A stretch of 63,945 bases of DNA, the filler included. It is 4 parts of 4 records of this genome, joined end to end, with 100 filler letters (N's around TTAATTAATTAA, not from the genome) between each part and the next. Parts side by side here need not be neighbours in the genome. Positions count along the whole stretch, not along the records: positions 1 to 12,248 come from SRR20825019_1675; 3 more parts are not named here. One strand, given 5' to 3'. The translations under genes and the position numbers were made by a program. Of this stretch, positions 1 to 10,263 are shown piece after piece. The notes beneath the pieces were generated by a model that saw only the letters and a list, made by a program, of their open reading frames with translations, was not told the origin of the DNA and did not search any database. Numbering within the stretch: position 1 is the first letter of the stretch; each line of letters begins with the position of its first letter.

Positions 1-1
1 C

Positions 2-112
2 TACAAAACGGCCTTTAAGCTTACCAATGCTTTTAGGGAGAATTTCAAGAAATTCGAGGAGCACGCCAGCGAGGAAATCCGGAGGGGAGGACCACAACGG
101 TACGCATTCTAG
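2..112 (+). CDS. pckA: Phosphoenolpyruvate carboxykinase (ATP), C-terminal fragment
   Basis: Frame from nt 2 reads YKTAFKLTNAFRENFKKFEEHASEEIRRGGPQRYAF*, resembling the flavobacterial PckA C-terminus; truncated by the window start. Confidence 0.8.
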   Translation, partial: YKTAFKLTNAFRENFKKFEEHASEEIRRGGPQRYAF

Positions 113-116
113 AAAA

Positions 117-156
117 AAAAGACGCCCCCGGTCTACCGAGGGCGTTTTAGTTTTTA
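117..156. terminator. Bidirectional intrinsic terminator between convergent pckA and hemD
   Basis: Imperfect hairpin GACGCCC-CCGG tcta CCGA-GGGCGTT flanked by A and T tracts. Confidence 0.7.
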
Positions 157-170
157 GGCCAGAATTAAAA

Positions 171-914
171 TTACTTGTTAACGCTGGTAATGTACTTTTG
201 TAATGCCATGGTCATGGAAGGAGTTTCGGGCGTTGGTGCCTGAATGTCTATCCTAAGACCTGCACTTGTTGCTGCTTTTACCGTACTATTGCCAAAAACG
301 GCAATTCTTGTATCGTTTTGTTCAAAATCGGGAAAGTTCTTCATTAAAGATTCGATTCCTGATGGGCTGAAGAATACCAAAATGTCGTAGTACACATTTC
401 TAAGGTCAGAAAGGTCGCTGATTACCGTTTTGTAGAAGATTCCTCTTGTCCAATTTACACCTAGTTCGTCCAACAATTCGGGAACAATAGGTTTTAATGA
501 ATCGGAAGAAGGCAATAGAAACTTTTCATCCTTGTACTTCTTGATCAAGGGAATCAACTCGTTAAAAGTCCTTTTCCCAACATAAATCTTCCTTTTTCTG
601 TACACCACATATTTTTGCAAGTAGTAGGCAACGGCCTCCGACTGACAAAAATATTTCATGGAATCCGGAACTTTGAAGCGCATTTCATCGGCAATCCTAA
701 AAAAGTGATCCACAGAGTTTCTGCTCGTAAGGATAATCGCCGTAAAGTTGTTCAAGTCGATTTTTTGCTGTCTCACATTTTTGGCCTCTACGCCTTCAAC
801 GTGTATGAAAGGTCTAAAATCTACTTTAACTTTCTCTTTTTCAATTAGTCTTGAATAGGGGGAGTTTTCGACTTTGGGTTCTGGTTGGGAAACCAAAATT
901 GTTTTTACTTTCAT
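171..914 (-). CDS. hemD: Uroporphyrinogen-III synthase (Bacteroidetes HemD family)
   Basis: MKVKTILVSQPEP start, TAIILTSRNSVDHFF and FFSPSGIESL motifs. Confidence 0.8.
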   Translation of the reverse strand: MKVKTILVSQPEPKVENSPYSRLIEKEKVKVDFRPFIHVEGVEAKNVRQQKIDLNNFTAIILTSRNSVDHFFRIADEMRFKVPDSMKYFCQSEAVAYYLQKYVVYRKRKIYVGKRTFNELIPLIKKYKDEKFLLPSSDSLKPIVPELLDELGVNWTRGIFYKTVISDLSDLRNVYYDILVFFSPSGIESLMKNFPDFEQNDTRIAVFGNSTVKAATSAGLRIDIQAPTPETPSMTMALQKYITSVNK

Positions 915-920
915 AAGTTA

Positions 921-1577
921 TCAACCTTTTAAATAGCTTCCAATTAACACCAAGGGCGCAATTTCGAGTGCGCAAAGGTACAAAATAAAATACAGAAAAT
1001 ACGGGAGGAGTGTTTTTTGATGGTTCTTTAATAGCTTGGTCAAGCCAATGCCATTTATAAGAAAAATCAGGGTCAATGCCGTGTATATTATTGTTTTTGA
1101 GTCGTTTGCGATGTAAATCAATAAAATATTGGCAATGCAGATTATAATGCTACTATAATTGAGGTAAGAAATTTTACTGAAAACAAAACTAGAAACCAAG
1201 CTTAAGTTGTTGAAAACGAATCCTGTAAACATCTGTACCAAGAACTTGACCAGTTCAAAAAGGGCCAAAAACCCTAGAATGATCAAATAGTTGGTCATGG
1301 TGTTATCCTGGGGAACCAAGTCGAAAGTATGAAGAATCAGAAAAATAAAAAAGGATAGGTTGACAAGCTGAAACAAGGTCAACAGCAAATGGAACCAATG
1401 CGAAAATTGTCCTTTTTTGTTATGGAGCAGGATGTATTTATCATTAAAAGGCAAAATGATAAAGTTTAAAAACTTCTTATGAAACAGGTATTTGCCAAGT
1501 GCGAAAACAACCAAGCTTGTAAACAGGGTTATGGTCATCCAATCCAATGAAACTATTGTTTTTTCAATGGGTTCCAT
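921..1577 (-). CDS. DUF4271-like membrane protein
   Basis: Multi-TM protein with C-terminal YFILYLCALEIAP motif; usual neighbour of hemD in Bacteroidetes. Confidence 0.75.
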   Translation of the reverse strand: MEPIEKTIVSLDWMTITLFTSLVVFALGKYLFHKKFLNFIILPFNDKYILLHNKKGQFSHWFHLLLTLFQLVNLSFFIFLILHTFDLVPQDNTMTNYLIILGFLALFELVKFLVQMFTGFVFNNLSLVSSFVFSKISYLNYSSIIICIANILLIYIANDSKTIIYTALTLIFLINGIGLTKLLKNHQKTLLPYFLYFILYLCALEIAPLVLIGSYLKG

Positions 1578-3235
1578 TATTCGATTTTAACAGGTTTTCC
1601 ATTGAGTCCGGGAAGAAGTCCGTTTTCTGCAATCCCAATCCTAAAATATGCAGGTCTTTCCATAGTGGATAAAGGTAGCTCAAAGGAGTAGTTGATGGTG
1701 TCTTTAGATTTCAACAAAGATTGTTGGGGCAAGGTGTTCTCAACCTTTAGGGGAAGCATCTGCTTAACCTGCTTGTACTTATTGGAGTAAGAAATAGTGT
1801 ATTCCAATTGTTCCAAGGGCACATCAAAAGGGTATGGGTTATACACCTTGAGCGAGTGTTTGATGCCGGTCTCCGGCTTTTCCACAATGCATTGCAATTT
1901 TCGGTAGGACTGAAAATCATCAATATATATTCCGTGAAAAACTGTACTGTCCAGATGCATGTAACTAATGTCGCCCCTTTTTCTGTACTGGGAAACATAT
2001 AAGATCTTTTTTCCGCGCACTCGCTCCTCAGAGTTATCAATGGAATACTGGTTTTTGCGGTACATAAAATTGTTGAGCGAAATGGCAGGTACATCCGAAT
2101 AAAACTCATACATGGAGGAACGGCGGTACGAGTTTTCAAAAACAACGGGAATCCCACCGGATTTTGTCTTAAGCTCGTTCACCCACTCCTTGTTTCCATG
2201 AGTTTCAAAGTACATTGGGAATAATCGGTAGTTGACCATCCAGGCTCTTGCGTACATCAAAAGAAGCAAACTTACGATACCCATCCGGTACATCCATTTT
2301 CTGCTTTTGGTGTTGTGTAAAAGATGGTCGAAAGCAATTAATGCCAAAGGAATTGATATAGCAATGGTCCATTGCGCCTGCACCCTCCGGTTGAAGCTGG
2401 AAATGAAAAAGAAAATCAATATTCCATAAACCAGATAAATCAATGCCTTCGAGAATTTGTCCGTTGCCTTGAATTTAAAAAGGGCGCCATAGACCCAATA
2501 GAAAAGCAGGCCAATAATAACTACAATGTTCAAGAAAAAGCCCAAGGTAAATTCATCAAACTTATATGCTTGGTTCGGGCGTTCGGATAAATGGAAGGTG
2601 ATGGAAACAAAATCGTTCTGATAGAGCCATATAAAATGGGGGGCGTAGCAAATAAGGGCCAAAATTACGGCGAACCACGCTTTTTTGTTGAAAATGAGCT
2701 TGTAGTTGGATAAGAACACAAAAAGAATTACCAATACTGCATGGTACTTGCTGTACATCAATGCGGCCATTGTTAACCCTAAGCCTATTGTGGTCATGAT
2801 ACCCTCATGCTTTAAAAAACGTTTGTACAGCCAAAGGAACAGGGCAGTGAAAAATAATAATGCTGTATCGGGGAGCGTCAAAAAACCATAGGCATTCATC
2901 AAAGTAAATGAGAATACCAAAAGGAAAAAATGGGTTACATAATCCTTTTTCCTTGGATTTTCCACCATCGACCACAATAGTATATAGGTCCCAGCAGAAA
3001 GTACGCAGCTCATAAATCGTACCCCAAGTTCTCCATCAAAAAGAAAACTGCTAAGCTTTATCAAAAACGCGACCATGGGCGGATGGTCAAAATACCCCCA
3101 AGCCATATTTTGCGCATAGTACCAGTAGTAGGCTTCATCATAAATGAGTTCTGTTACCGACGATTGCAGCAGGTTGAGTGCAAATAGAACGGCCAAGAGA
3201 ACAAAAAAAAGTCTGGGAAACTTTTGAGACATCAA
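1577..3235 (-). CDS. GT-C fold glycosyltransferase (PMT_2/ArnT-like)
   Basis: DEAYYW..GYFDHPPMVA luminal motif, SKY motif, about 11 TM helices. Confidence 0.8.
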   Translation of the reverse strand: MMSQKFPRLFFVLLAVLFALNLLQSSVTELIYDEAYYWYYAQNMAWGYFDHPPMVAFLIKLSSFLFDGELGVRFMSCVLSAGTYILLWSMVENPRKKDYVTHFFLLVFSFTLMNAYGFLTLPDTALLFFTALFLWLYKRFLKHEGIMTTIGLGLTMAALMYSKYHAVLVILFVFLSNYKLIFNKKAWFAVILALICYAPHFIWLYQNDFVSITFHLSERPNQAYKFDEFTLGFFLNIVVIIGLLFYWVYGALFKFKATDKFSKALIYLVYGILIFFFISSFNRRVQAQWTIAISIPLALIAFDHLLHNTKSRKWMYRMGIVSLLLLMYARAWMVNYRLFPMYFETHGNKEWVNELKTKSGGIPVVFENSYRRSSMYEFYSDVPAISLNNFMYRKNQYSIDNSEERVRGKKILYVSQYRKRGDISYMHLDSTVFHGIYIDDFQSYRKLQCIVEKPETGIKHSLKVYNPYPFDVPLEQLEYTISYSNKYKQVKQMLPLKVENTLPQQSLLKSKDTINYSFELPLSTMERPAYFRIGIAENGLLPGLNGKPVKIE

Positions 3236-3253
3236 AATGTGATTTTAAAGGGG

Positions 3254-3332
3254 CAAAGTTACAAATATTGGGGAAGTCCTGTTTAAGCATCCTATATCTC
3301 TTGCGTGTACAATTTAGAAAACCGTATTTTTG
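3254..3332. promoter_or_regulatory. Divergent Bacteroidetes primary-sigma promoters (TAnnTTTG)
   Basis: Minus-strand TAACTTTG at 3254-3261; plus-strand TTG at 3301 then TATTTTTG at 3325-3332 with a 21-nt spacer. Confidence 0.6.
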
Positions 3333-3352
3333 AACATTCTAATCCAGTGCGA

Positions 3353-4081
3353 ATGGCAGACGGCTTGGTCATTATACCCACATTCAACGAAATCGAGAAC
3401 ATCGAGGCCATAACAAAAACGGTCTTCGACCTAAAAAAGGACTTTCATGTTCTTGTGGTGGACGATAACTCCCCGGATGGTACTGCGGATTGTGTAAGAA
3501 CATTGCAGAAGGAATACCCGGACCGACTTTTTTTAGAGGTTCGCAAAGAGAAATCGGGTCTGGGTACAGCTTATATTCATGGTTTTAAATGGGCTCTGGA
3601 AAGAGGTTACGAGTATATTTTTGAAATGGACGCGGATTTTTCGCATCGGCCAGCGGATTTGTCCCGTTTGCACAGGGCCTGCTTAAATGGTGCCGATGTT
3701 GCCGTAGGCTCCCGATACAAAAAGGGTGTAAATGTGGTCAACTGGCCTTTGGCAAGAATATTACTTTCTTACGGGGCATCTTTTTATGTAAAATTGATTA
3801 CCGGAATGAAGGTACATGACCCTACTGCCGGATTTGTCTGTTACAAAAGAAATGTGCTGGAAACCATTAAATTGGATAATGTACGCTTTATTGGCTACGC
3901 TTTTCAAATAGAAATGAAGTACAGGGCCTATCTCAGAAAATTCAAGATAGAGGAAGTCTCGATAATTTTTACCGATCGGGTAAACGGAAAATCAAAAATG
4001 AACTCCGCCATTATTCGGGAGGCAATTTTTGGTGTGATAGCTATGAAGTTTAGGAGTATATTTTTTAAAAAGAGCTTTTAA
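3353..4081 (+). CDS. Polyprenol-phosphate mannose synthase (GT2, DPM1-like)
   Basis: IIPTFNE, VDDNSPDGT, MDADFSH motifs; ATG at 3353 lies downstream of the promoter. Confidence 0.88.
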   Translation: MADGLVIIPTFNEIENIEAITKTVFDLKKDFHVLVVDDNSPDGTADCVRTLQKEYPDRLFLEVRKEKSGLGTAYIHGFKWALERGYEYIFEMDADFSHRPADLSRLHRACLNGADVAVGSRYKKGVNVVNWPLARILLSYGASFYVKLITGMKVHDPTAGFVCYKRNVLETIKLDNVRFIGYAFQIEMKYRAYLRKFKIEEVSIIFTDRVNGKSKMNSAIIREAIFGVIAMKFRSIFFKKSF

Positions 4082-4083
4082 TT

Positions 4084-5418
4084 ATGTCAAAAATACTGTT
4101 GAAGAATGCCAAAATCGTGAACGAGAACAGCATTTTTGAATCGGATGTATTGTTGGATGGGGATTTTATCGCGAGAATCGATTCGGACATCTCGGATGCC
4201 AATGCCAAGGTGATAGATCTGGAAGGTGATCTGTTATTGCCCGGAATCATAGATGACCAAGTGCATTTTAGGGAGCCAGGACTTACACATAAGGGTACCA
4301 TTGCAACGGAAAGTAGGGCGGCCATTGCTGGGGGCATCACCACATTTATGGAGCAGCCCAATACAATTCCACAGACCACTACCATTGAAAAACTGGAAGA
4401 AAAATTTGCCATTGCCGCTAAGGATTCATCAGCCAATTATTCGTTCCTTTTTGGAGGTACCAACGATAACTTGGAAGAGTTAAAACGACTCGACAAAAAT
4501 GCATGTTCCGGGGTAAAACTGTTCTTGGGTTCTTCTACGGGAAATATGTTGGTTGACAATGAGGAAGTACTGGAAAAAATTTTCAGTAATACCGAAATGG
4601 TGATTTCAGCCCACTGTGAGGACGAAGGTACCATAAGGACCAACTTGGCCAAGTACAAGGAGATGTATGGGGACAATATCCCAATAGAAATGCACCCTAT
4701 TATCCGAAGTGCGGAGGCTTGTTACCTATCTTCATCAAATGCTATTGCCCTTGCCAAAAAAACAGGGGCAAGGTTGCACGTGTTCCATGTATCCACAGGA
4801 ATTGAAACCAATTTGTTTACGAACAAGATTCCCTTGGAGGAGAAGAAAATTACCGCTGAGGTATGTATTCACCATCTTTGGTTTTCCGATGAGGATTATG
4901 CAAAAAACGGCACCCATATTAAATGGAACCCAGCTGTAAAGACGGCAACCGATAGGCAGAAACTTTGGGAAGCGCTGTTGGACGACCGTTTTGATGTGAT
5001 TGCCACCGACCATGCACCACATACGCTCGAAGAAAAGGATAATCCATACACCACTGCGCCATCTGGTGGACCATTGGTACAGCACGCTTTGCTGGCTATG
5101 CTCCAAAAGGAAAAGGAAGGAATCATAAGTTTGGAGAAAATCGTCGAAAAAATGTGCCATAATCCTGCAAAGTTGTTTGATATTGACCGACGTGGGTTTA
5201 TACGCGAAGGCTATTACGCAGATTTGGTTCAGGTTAACCAGAGTTCCAAAAATGAGGTTAAAAAAGCCAATCTTTTCTATAAATGTGGTTGGTCTCCCTT
5301 TGAAGGTGTTACTTTTGATTCGGAAGTAAAGCGCACCTTTGTGAATGGTCTTTTGGCCTATGAGAATGGCAATTTTAGTGCAGAAAAGAAAGCAAAGAGG
5401 CTTACGTTTAATCGCTAG
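4084..5418 (+). CDS. pyrC: Dihydroorotase
   Basis: DDQVHFREPG, KWNP and ATDHAPH amidohydrolase motifs. Confidence 0.9.
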   Translation: MSKILLKNAKIVNENSIFESDVLLDGDFIARIDSDISDANAKVIDLEGDLLLPGIIDDQVHFREPGLTHKGTIATESRAAIAGGITTFMEQPNTIPQTTTIEKLEEKFAIAAKDSSANYSFLFGGTNDNLEELKRLDKNACSGVKLFLGSSTGNMLVDNEEVLEKIFSNTEMVISAHCEDEGTIRTNLAKYKEMYGDNIPIEMHPIIRSAEACYLSSSNAIALAKKTGARLHVFHVSTGIETNLFTNKIPLEEKKITAEVCIHHLWFSDEDYAKNGTHIKWNPAVKTATDRQKLWEALLDDRFDVIATDHAPHTLEEKDNPYTTAPSGGPLVQHALLAMLQKEKEGIISLEKIVEKMCHNPAKLFDIDRRGFIREGYYADLVQVNQSSKNEVKKANLFYKCGWSPFEGVTFDSEVKRTFVNGLLAYENGNFSAEKKAKRLTFNR

Positions 5419-5420
5419 GG

Positions 5421-5873
5421 ATGAAATATATCGTTACATACATTTTGGGTTTCATCATTTTGGTTTCCTGTGCCGAAAAGGTTGTGGATGAACCTGAAAA
5501 CCTTATTTCCAAGGAGAAAATGACCGAGATTTTACATGATCTTGCGATTTTAAATGCAGCAAAATCTGGCGCTGCCAGAAAATTTGAGGATTCAGGTATC
5601 GATATCATGGAGTTCCTATATACCAAATATGATATAGATAGCACCCAGTTTGCGGAGAGCGACCTTTATTATGCGTCTATTCCTTTGGAATACCAAACCA
5701 TATACAAAGATGTAGAAGCTAGGCTGAAGCGGCAAAAGGATACCTTGGAGGCTATTGGAAAGAGGCTGAACGACAGTATCCGTGAGGCAAGTATTCAACG
5801 AAATGATTCCTTAAAGGCCATTAGGGAGCAAAAGGAAGGTGTGAAAAAGTCAGATACTATTACTTCTCGATAA
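5421..5873 (+). CDS. DUF4296-like lipoprotein
   Basis: Lipobox LVSC, PENLISKEKMTEILHDL and IDSTQFAESDLYY motifs. Confidence 0.75.
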   Translation: MKYIVTYILGFIILVSCAEKVVDEPENLISKEKMTEILHDLAILNAAKSGAARKFEDSGIDIMEFLYTKYDIDSTQFAESDLYYASIPLEYQTIYKDVEARLKRQKDTLEAIGKRLNDSIREASIQRNDSLKAIREQKEGVKKSDTITSR

Positions 5874-6861
5874 ACCTATCACAGCAAAACTCGATTGCCT
5901 TATCCAAGTCTTCGAATTCAAAGTCTAATTCAGATTTTATTTTTTCGCTGCTGTAATCTTCTTTATGGAATAATCCTTTGGCTACAGCTTTGGATAATTT
6001 TCTTCTTTTCCCAAAAAGATTGCTTCTTGCCCAATCCCATCTCCAAAAGCACTCGATCATAAATTTTGAAACTTTTTTGGTGGGTGGGGAGACTTCAAGT
6101 TTAGGCGCAATTTTATCAAAAAACTCTTTGTAGGTCATATTTTGATTGACCAAAATAAAGCCCTCCGTGCGGATGTTCGACTCCATGAGCATAGTCATTG
6201 CTTTTACAACATCCGATACGGTAACAAAACCAGTTCCACCGGGAATGTAATATTTCTTTCCTTTGGAAGCATAGGTAAAAAAGGATCCACTACCCGACTT
6301 CCAAAATCCTGGGCCGATTACAACACCAGGGTTTACAACAACAATATCAAGTCCCTCTTGTGAGCCGCGCCAAACTTCTAGTTCTGCCTCATATTTGGTA
6401 ATGCCGTAAACTGTGGCCTTGGCTTCGTTCCATTCATTTTCCTCGGTTACTTCCGTTTGTTTGGGGTTGGACCCAATTGCAGCAATAGAACTTACGTAAC
6501 ACAGTTTTTTAATACCATATTTTAAGGATAGATTGACTACGTTCGCCGTGCCTTCAACGTTTGTACGCTCAAGAATTTTATAATCTTTAGGGTCGAAAGA
6601 AATCAGGGCGACGCAATGGTACACGTAGTCCACATCAATAAAAAGGTTGTCCAGATTCCCAAGTTCGGTGATATCTGCCTGTACCCAATCAATTTTCTCC
6701 ACTAAAGAGGATGGGTCATCGGTATAATACCCAAAAACCTTACGGACCTTTTCTATGGATGCTTTGCTCCTATAGTTGCTTCTGACGGTCTTCCCACTGT
6801 TGATCAAATGGAAAAGTAAATGGGAACCGATCAGTCCAGTGCCTCCTGTAACCAAAATCAT
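5860..6861 (-). CDS. NAD-dependent epimerase/dehydratase (extended SDR)
   Basis: TGGTGLIG Rossmann motif, YGITK catalytic motif. Confidence 0.85.
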   Translation of the reverse strand: MILVTGGTGLIGSHLLFHLINSGKTVRSNYRSKASIEKVRKVFGYYTDDPSSLVEKIDWVQADITELGNLDNLFIDVDYVYHCVALISFDPKDYKILERTNVEGTANVVNLSLKYGIKKLCYVSSIAAIGSNPKQTEVTEENEWNEAKATVYGITKYEAELEVWRGSQEGLDIVVVNPGVVIGPGFWKSGSGSFFTYASKGKKYYIPGGTGFVTVSDVVKAMTMLMESNIRTEGFILVNQNMTYKEFFDKIAPKLEVSPPTKKVSKFMIECFWRWDWARSNLFGKRRKLSKAVAKGLFHKEDYSSEKIKSELDFEFEDLDKAIEFCCDRFIEK

Positions 6862-6892
6862 AAAGTAAAAGTACCTATTTGTGACGTAAAAA

Positions 6893-6924
6893 TTGAGGGA
6901 AATGCCAACTTCATTTTATATTTG
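6893..6924 (+). promoter_or_regulatory. Bacteroidetes promoter for tyrS
   Basis: TTG (6893) - 21 nt - TATATTTG (6917-6924); supports the start at 6947. Confidence 0.6.
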
Positions 6925-6946
6925 CAGCTATTCCAAAAAACTGATT

Positions 6947-8245
6947 ATGACGAAGAATTTTGTTCAAGAACTGCAATGGAGGGGAATGGTGCACGATGTG
7001 ATGCCAGGAGCCGAAGAACACCTAATGGAAGAAATGCGAGGTGCATATGTGGGTATAGATCCAACAGCGGACTCCTTGCACATTGGGCATTTGGTGAGCG
7101 TGATGATGTTGCGGCACTTCCAACTGGCAGGTCATAAGCCTTATGCCTTGGTGGGAGGTGCAACCGGAATGATCGGTGATCCGTCGGGCAAATCTGCGGA
7201 ACGCAATTTGTTGGATGAGAAAACCCTACGTCATAATCAGGAGGCCATCAAGGCCCAGTTGGGCCGTTTTTTGGATTTTGAGAGCGGCGAGCCCAACGCG
7301 GCCGTTTTGGTGAACAACTACGATTGGATGAAGAATTTTTCGTTCTTGGAGTTTATCCGCGATGTTGGTAAGCACATCACCGTAAACTATATGATGGCCA
7401 AGGATTCCGTTAAAAAGCGTCTTTCTTCAGATGCGAAAGAAGGTATGTCCTTTACCGAGTTTACCTATCAGTTGGTTCAAGGATATGATTTTCTATATCT
7501 GTTCCAAAACCACAATTGTAGTCTTCAGATGGGAGGCAGTGATCAATGGGGCAATATAACTACTGGAACAGAATTGATTCGACGAATTGGTGGAGGAAAA
7601 GGTTTTGCACTTACTTGCCCGTTGATCACCAAGGCAGATGGAACCAAATTTGGAAAAACCGAAGGTGGAAATGTTTGGTTGGATGCAGAAAGAACATCTC
7701 CCTATAAATTTTATCAATATTGGTTGAATACTTCGGATGAAGACGCGGAGAAGTACATTAAAATCTTCACTTTTCTAAGTCAACAGGAGATAGAAAATTT
7801 GGTGTCCGAACATAAAAAAGCTCCCCATCAGAGGGCATTACAAAGAAAATTGGCCGAGGAAGTGACCATAATGGTGCATTCAGAAGAAGATTTGAACAAT
7901 GCCATTAAGGCAAGTGACATTCTTTTTGGCAGATCAACTTCCAATGATTTAAAACAACTTAACGAGAAAACGTTTTTAGATGTTTTCGAAGGTGTTCCAC
8001 AAGCTACGGTGAGCAAGGATGAACTTGAACCAGGTTTGGACATGATCGGCGCCCTTGCCGCAAAAACCGGTTTTTTGGGTTCCAATGGTGAAGCTCGAAG
8101 AGAATTGAAGCAAAACTCCATATCCGTGAACAAGGAAAAGGTGAAAGAGGATTACCTGATTACGTCGTCAGATTTGATCAACGATAAGTTTGTACTGTTG
8201 CAGCGCGGAAAGAAGAATTATTTTGTGCTAGTAGTCGTCGAGTAG
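6947..8245 (+). CDS. tyrS: Tyrosine--tRNA ligase
   Basis: HIGH motif, [15 protein letters not shown]-terminal S4 domain. Confidence 0.97.
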   Translation: MTKNFVQELQWRGMVHDVMPGAEEHLMEEMRGAYVGIDPTADSLHIGHLVSVMMLRHFQLAGHKPYALVGGATGMIGDPSGKSAERNLLDEKTLRHNQEAIKAQLGRFLDFESGEPNAAVLVNNYDWMKNFSFLEFIRDVGKHITVNYMMAKDSVKKRLSSDAKEGMSFTEFTYQLVQGYDFLYLFQNHNCSLQMGGSDQWGNITTGTELIRRIGGGKGFALTCPLITKADGTKFGKTEGGNVWLDAERTSPYKFYQYWLNTSDEDAEKYIKIFTFLSQQEIENLVSEHKKAPHQRALQRKLAEEVTIMVHSEEDLNNAIKASDILFGRSTSNDLKQLNEKTFLDVFEGVPQATVSKDELEPGLDMIGALAAKTGFLGSNGEARRELKQNSISVNKEKVKEDYLITSSDLINDKFVLLQRGKKNYFVLVVVE

Positions 8246-8246
8246 A

Positions 8247-9233
8247 TTACAACACCATTAAATTACATCCTCTGATATCCGAATCATCAAAACGGCCCAA
8301 AACTTCAAAAGTTCCGTTTGGGTGTGTTTTCCCCAAATCTTGGGTAGCGATAAAGGAGCAGGAATATAGGTTCGCCAGATCAATCACATTGACGCCGCCT
8401 GTTTTTCCATTGGGTTGGATTGAAAGTGGGTCTTCGGTGTCGCGCGTAACGATTTTCATCCAAGGAGGTGTCTCAAAAATTCCGTTGCCTTTGGAATAAC
8501 CTTGGGACAACAGTTCCGTCATACCGTATTCTGAGTGGATATGTTCAACACCCAATCCCTTTTCTAGGATTTGATGGAGTTCCTCCCGAATCAATTCTTT
8601 GCGTCTACCCTTCATGCCACCGGTTTCCATCACAATGGTGTTTGTTAAGGTTGAAGGAAATTGTTCAACCAGATCTAAGAGCGCAAAAGAAACCCCGATG
8701 AGCAATGTTTTGGTACCTTTACTTTCCAATACTTTTAATTTCTGATGAAGTTCTTCGAGATTATGAAGATAAAACCCACTGTGAGGATGTCCGGATTTTG
8801 CAATCAGGCTATTTACCATATAAATCAATGAAGAGCCTTCTCTTTCCAAATAGGAGGGTAAAAGAGCTAGAATGCAGAAATCTTTGGATTTTCCGTAGAA
8901 AAGTTCAAACGCTCTTAAAAAACTTTCTTCGTAAAGACCGATATCAGGAACAAAATGCTTGCTAGTAGTGCTTTGCGTGGTTCCGCTGCTGGTAAAGATG
9001 GTCTGTGACTCTTTTTGAGTTGAAATAACCCTATGTGTCTTAAAGAAGGAAATAGGCAGGAATGGTATTTCCAATGAGCTTGAAACATTTTTGGGAGACT
9101 TTCTTAAATAGATGCAAAAGTCCCTGTACACCTCATTGTTTTCGTATTGAAACTTGAAAATATCCAATGCGACTTCTTCAAAATCGTCCGCATTGTTGAT
9201 ATTGAAAATCCGATGGGTATCAAACTGTTTCAT
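8247..9233 (-). CDS. LuxE-like acyl-protein synthetase / acyltransferase
   Basis: FTSSGTT, ETGGMKGRR, SEYGMTELLSQ, GRFDDSDIRGCN motifs. Confidence 0.82.
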   Translation of the reverse strand: MKQFDTHRIFNINNADDFEEVALDIFKFQYENNEVYRDFCIYLRKSPKNVSSSLEIPFLPISFFKTHRVISTQKESQTIFTSSGTTQSTTSKHFVPDIGLYEESFLRAFELFYGKSKDFCILALLPSYLEREGSSLIYMVNSLIAKSGHPHSGFYLHNLEELHQKLKVLESKGTKTLLIGVSFALLDLVEQFPSTLTNTIVMETGGMKGRRKELIREELHQILEKGLGVEHIHSEYGMTELLSQGYSKGNGIFETPPWMKIVTRDTEDPLSIQPNGKTGGVNVIDLANLYSCSFIATQDLGKTHPNGTFEVLGRFDDSDIRGCNLMVL

Positions 9234-9256
9234 TGTGGATCAAAAGTACCCAAAAA

Positions 9257-9284
9257 TAAAAAAGCCCTTCGGGAAAAGGGCTTA
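9257..9284 (-). terminator. Intrinsic terminator after T9SS small gene
   Basis: AAGCCCTT-cgggaa-AAGGGCTT preceded by an A tract on the plus strand. Confidence 0.65.
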
Positions 9285-9306
9285 AAATGTGATATGCTGT
9301 TTGATT

Positions 9307-9630
9307 TTATTTGACGACCAGTTTTCGGGTCATTGTTTTTTTCTGTTCCGTAACCTGAAGTACATAAACGCCAGGTACTAGTCGGGAAATGTCCAAAGTA
9401 TTGGTGCTGATTCTTTCTGTTAGCACTACTTCACCAAAAACGTCATAAATCCTTATTTCTTTGGTGCCGTTGGTTTCTGTAGAGATGTATACCTCATTGC
9501 CATAAGCTGGATTCGGGTACATTTTAAAACCCTTGAGCTCCTGTACGGGCTCGTTGTTGACTGTAACTAGGTCTTGACCGAATGAGAGTAGTGGTAAAGC
9601 CATAAGTAAAACAAAGTAGATTTTCTTCAT
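9307..9630 (-). CDS. Small secreted protein: signal peptide + T9SS type A C-terminal domain only
   Basis: Signal peptide, then MYPNP...IYDVFG...LVPGVYVL...TRKLVVK; likely start ATG 9630. Confidence 0.85.
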   Translation of the reverse strand: MKKIYFVLLMALPLLSFGQDLVTVNNEPVQELKGFKMYPNPAYGNEVYISTETNGTKEIRIYDVFGEVVLTERISTNTLDISRLVPGVYVLQVTEQKKTMTRKLVVK

Positions 9631-9777
9631 GCAAGCTGATTTGGGGTATATGTGCATGATAAAAGTAGGTAAACAGTATATTGTTGACTATTTTATGTTG
9701 TGAAAGCACTAAAATGGGTTGTAAAGCGTTGAAAGCTGTGGTATATGATTGGCAGAAAAGCCGTGGAAATCGGTGAA

Positions 9778-10089
9778 CTACTTCACAATGAGCTTTCTAG
9801 TAGCTACTTTGTTTTGTTCAAAAACCCTTAAAATATAAACTCCTTTGCTTAGGTTTGATAAGTTGAGTTCTTTGCCTAAGATGGTGGTCTCGAGTACCTG
9901 CGTGCCCAATACATCAAAAACCAGAATTTTCTTGGGAGCGTTTTCTTTGGTTTCTATATAAACCTTGCCTTGGGTAACAGGGTTGGGATACAGCTTAAAC
10001 CCGTCAATATCCGCACTTGAACTGGCGCTTTGCTGAGAAAACCCAAGTGAACAGATAAAAAAGAAAAAGACGAAGTAAAAGTGCTTCAT
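9778..10089 (-). CDS. Small secreted protein: signal peptide + T9SS type A C-terminal domain only
   Basis: LYPNP...FDVLG...LSKGVYIL...TRKLIVK. Confidence 0.85.
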   Translation of the reverse strand: MKHFYFVFFFFICSLGFSQQSASSSADIDGFKLYPNPVTQGKVYIETKENAPKKILVFDVLGTQVLETTILGKELNLSNLSKGVYILRVFEQNKVATRKLIVK

Positions 10090-10213
10090 ACGTTAATGGT
10101 TGCAAACGGTATGCCACAAATATATAAAAATAGTGATGTGATTATTGAACTATTTGACGATTAGGGGGTTACTTTTCGATGAAATGCAACCAATTACAAG
10201 AAACCATAAAATA

Positions 10214-10243
10214 AAAATGGCGGATATGCTTACCCGCCATTTT
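10214..10243 (-). terminator. Intrinsic terminator
   Basis: AAAATGGCGG-10 nt-CCGCCATTTT. Confidence 0.65.
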
Positions 10244-10263
10244 AATATTCAAACGCTCGGTTT

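Noticed and set aside
8247-9233. LuxE-like gene as evidence of bioluminescence
   Set aside because: No luxA/B/C/D nearby; stand-alone homologs are common in Bacteroidetes
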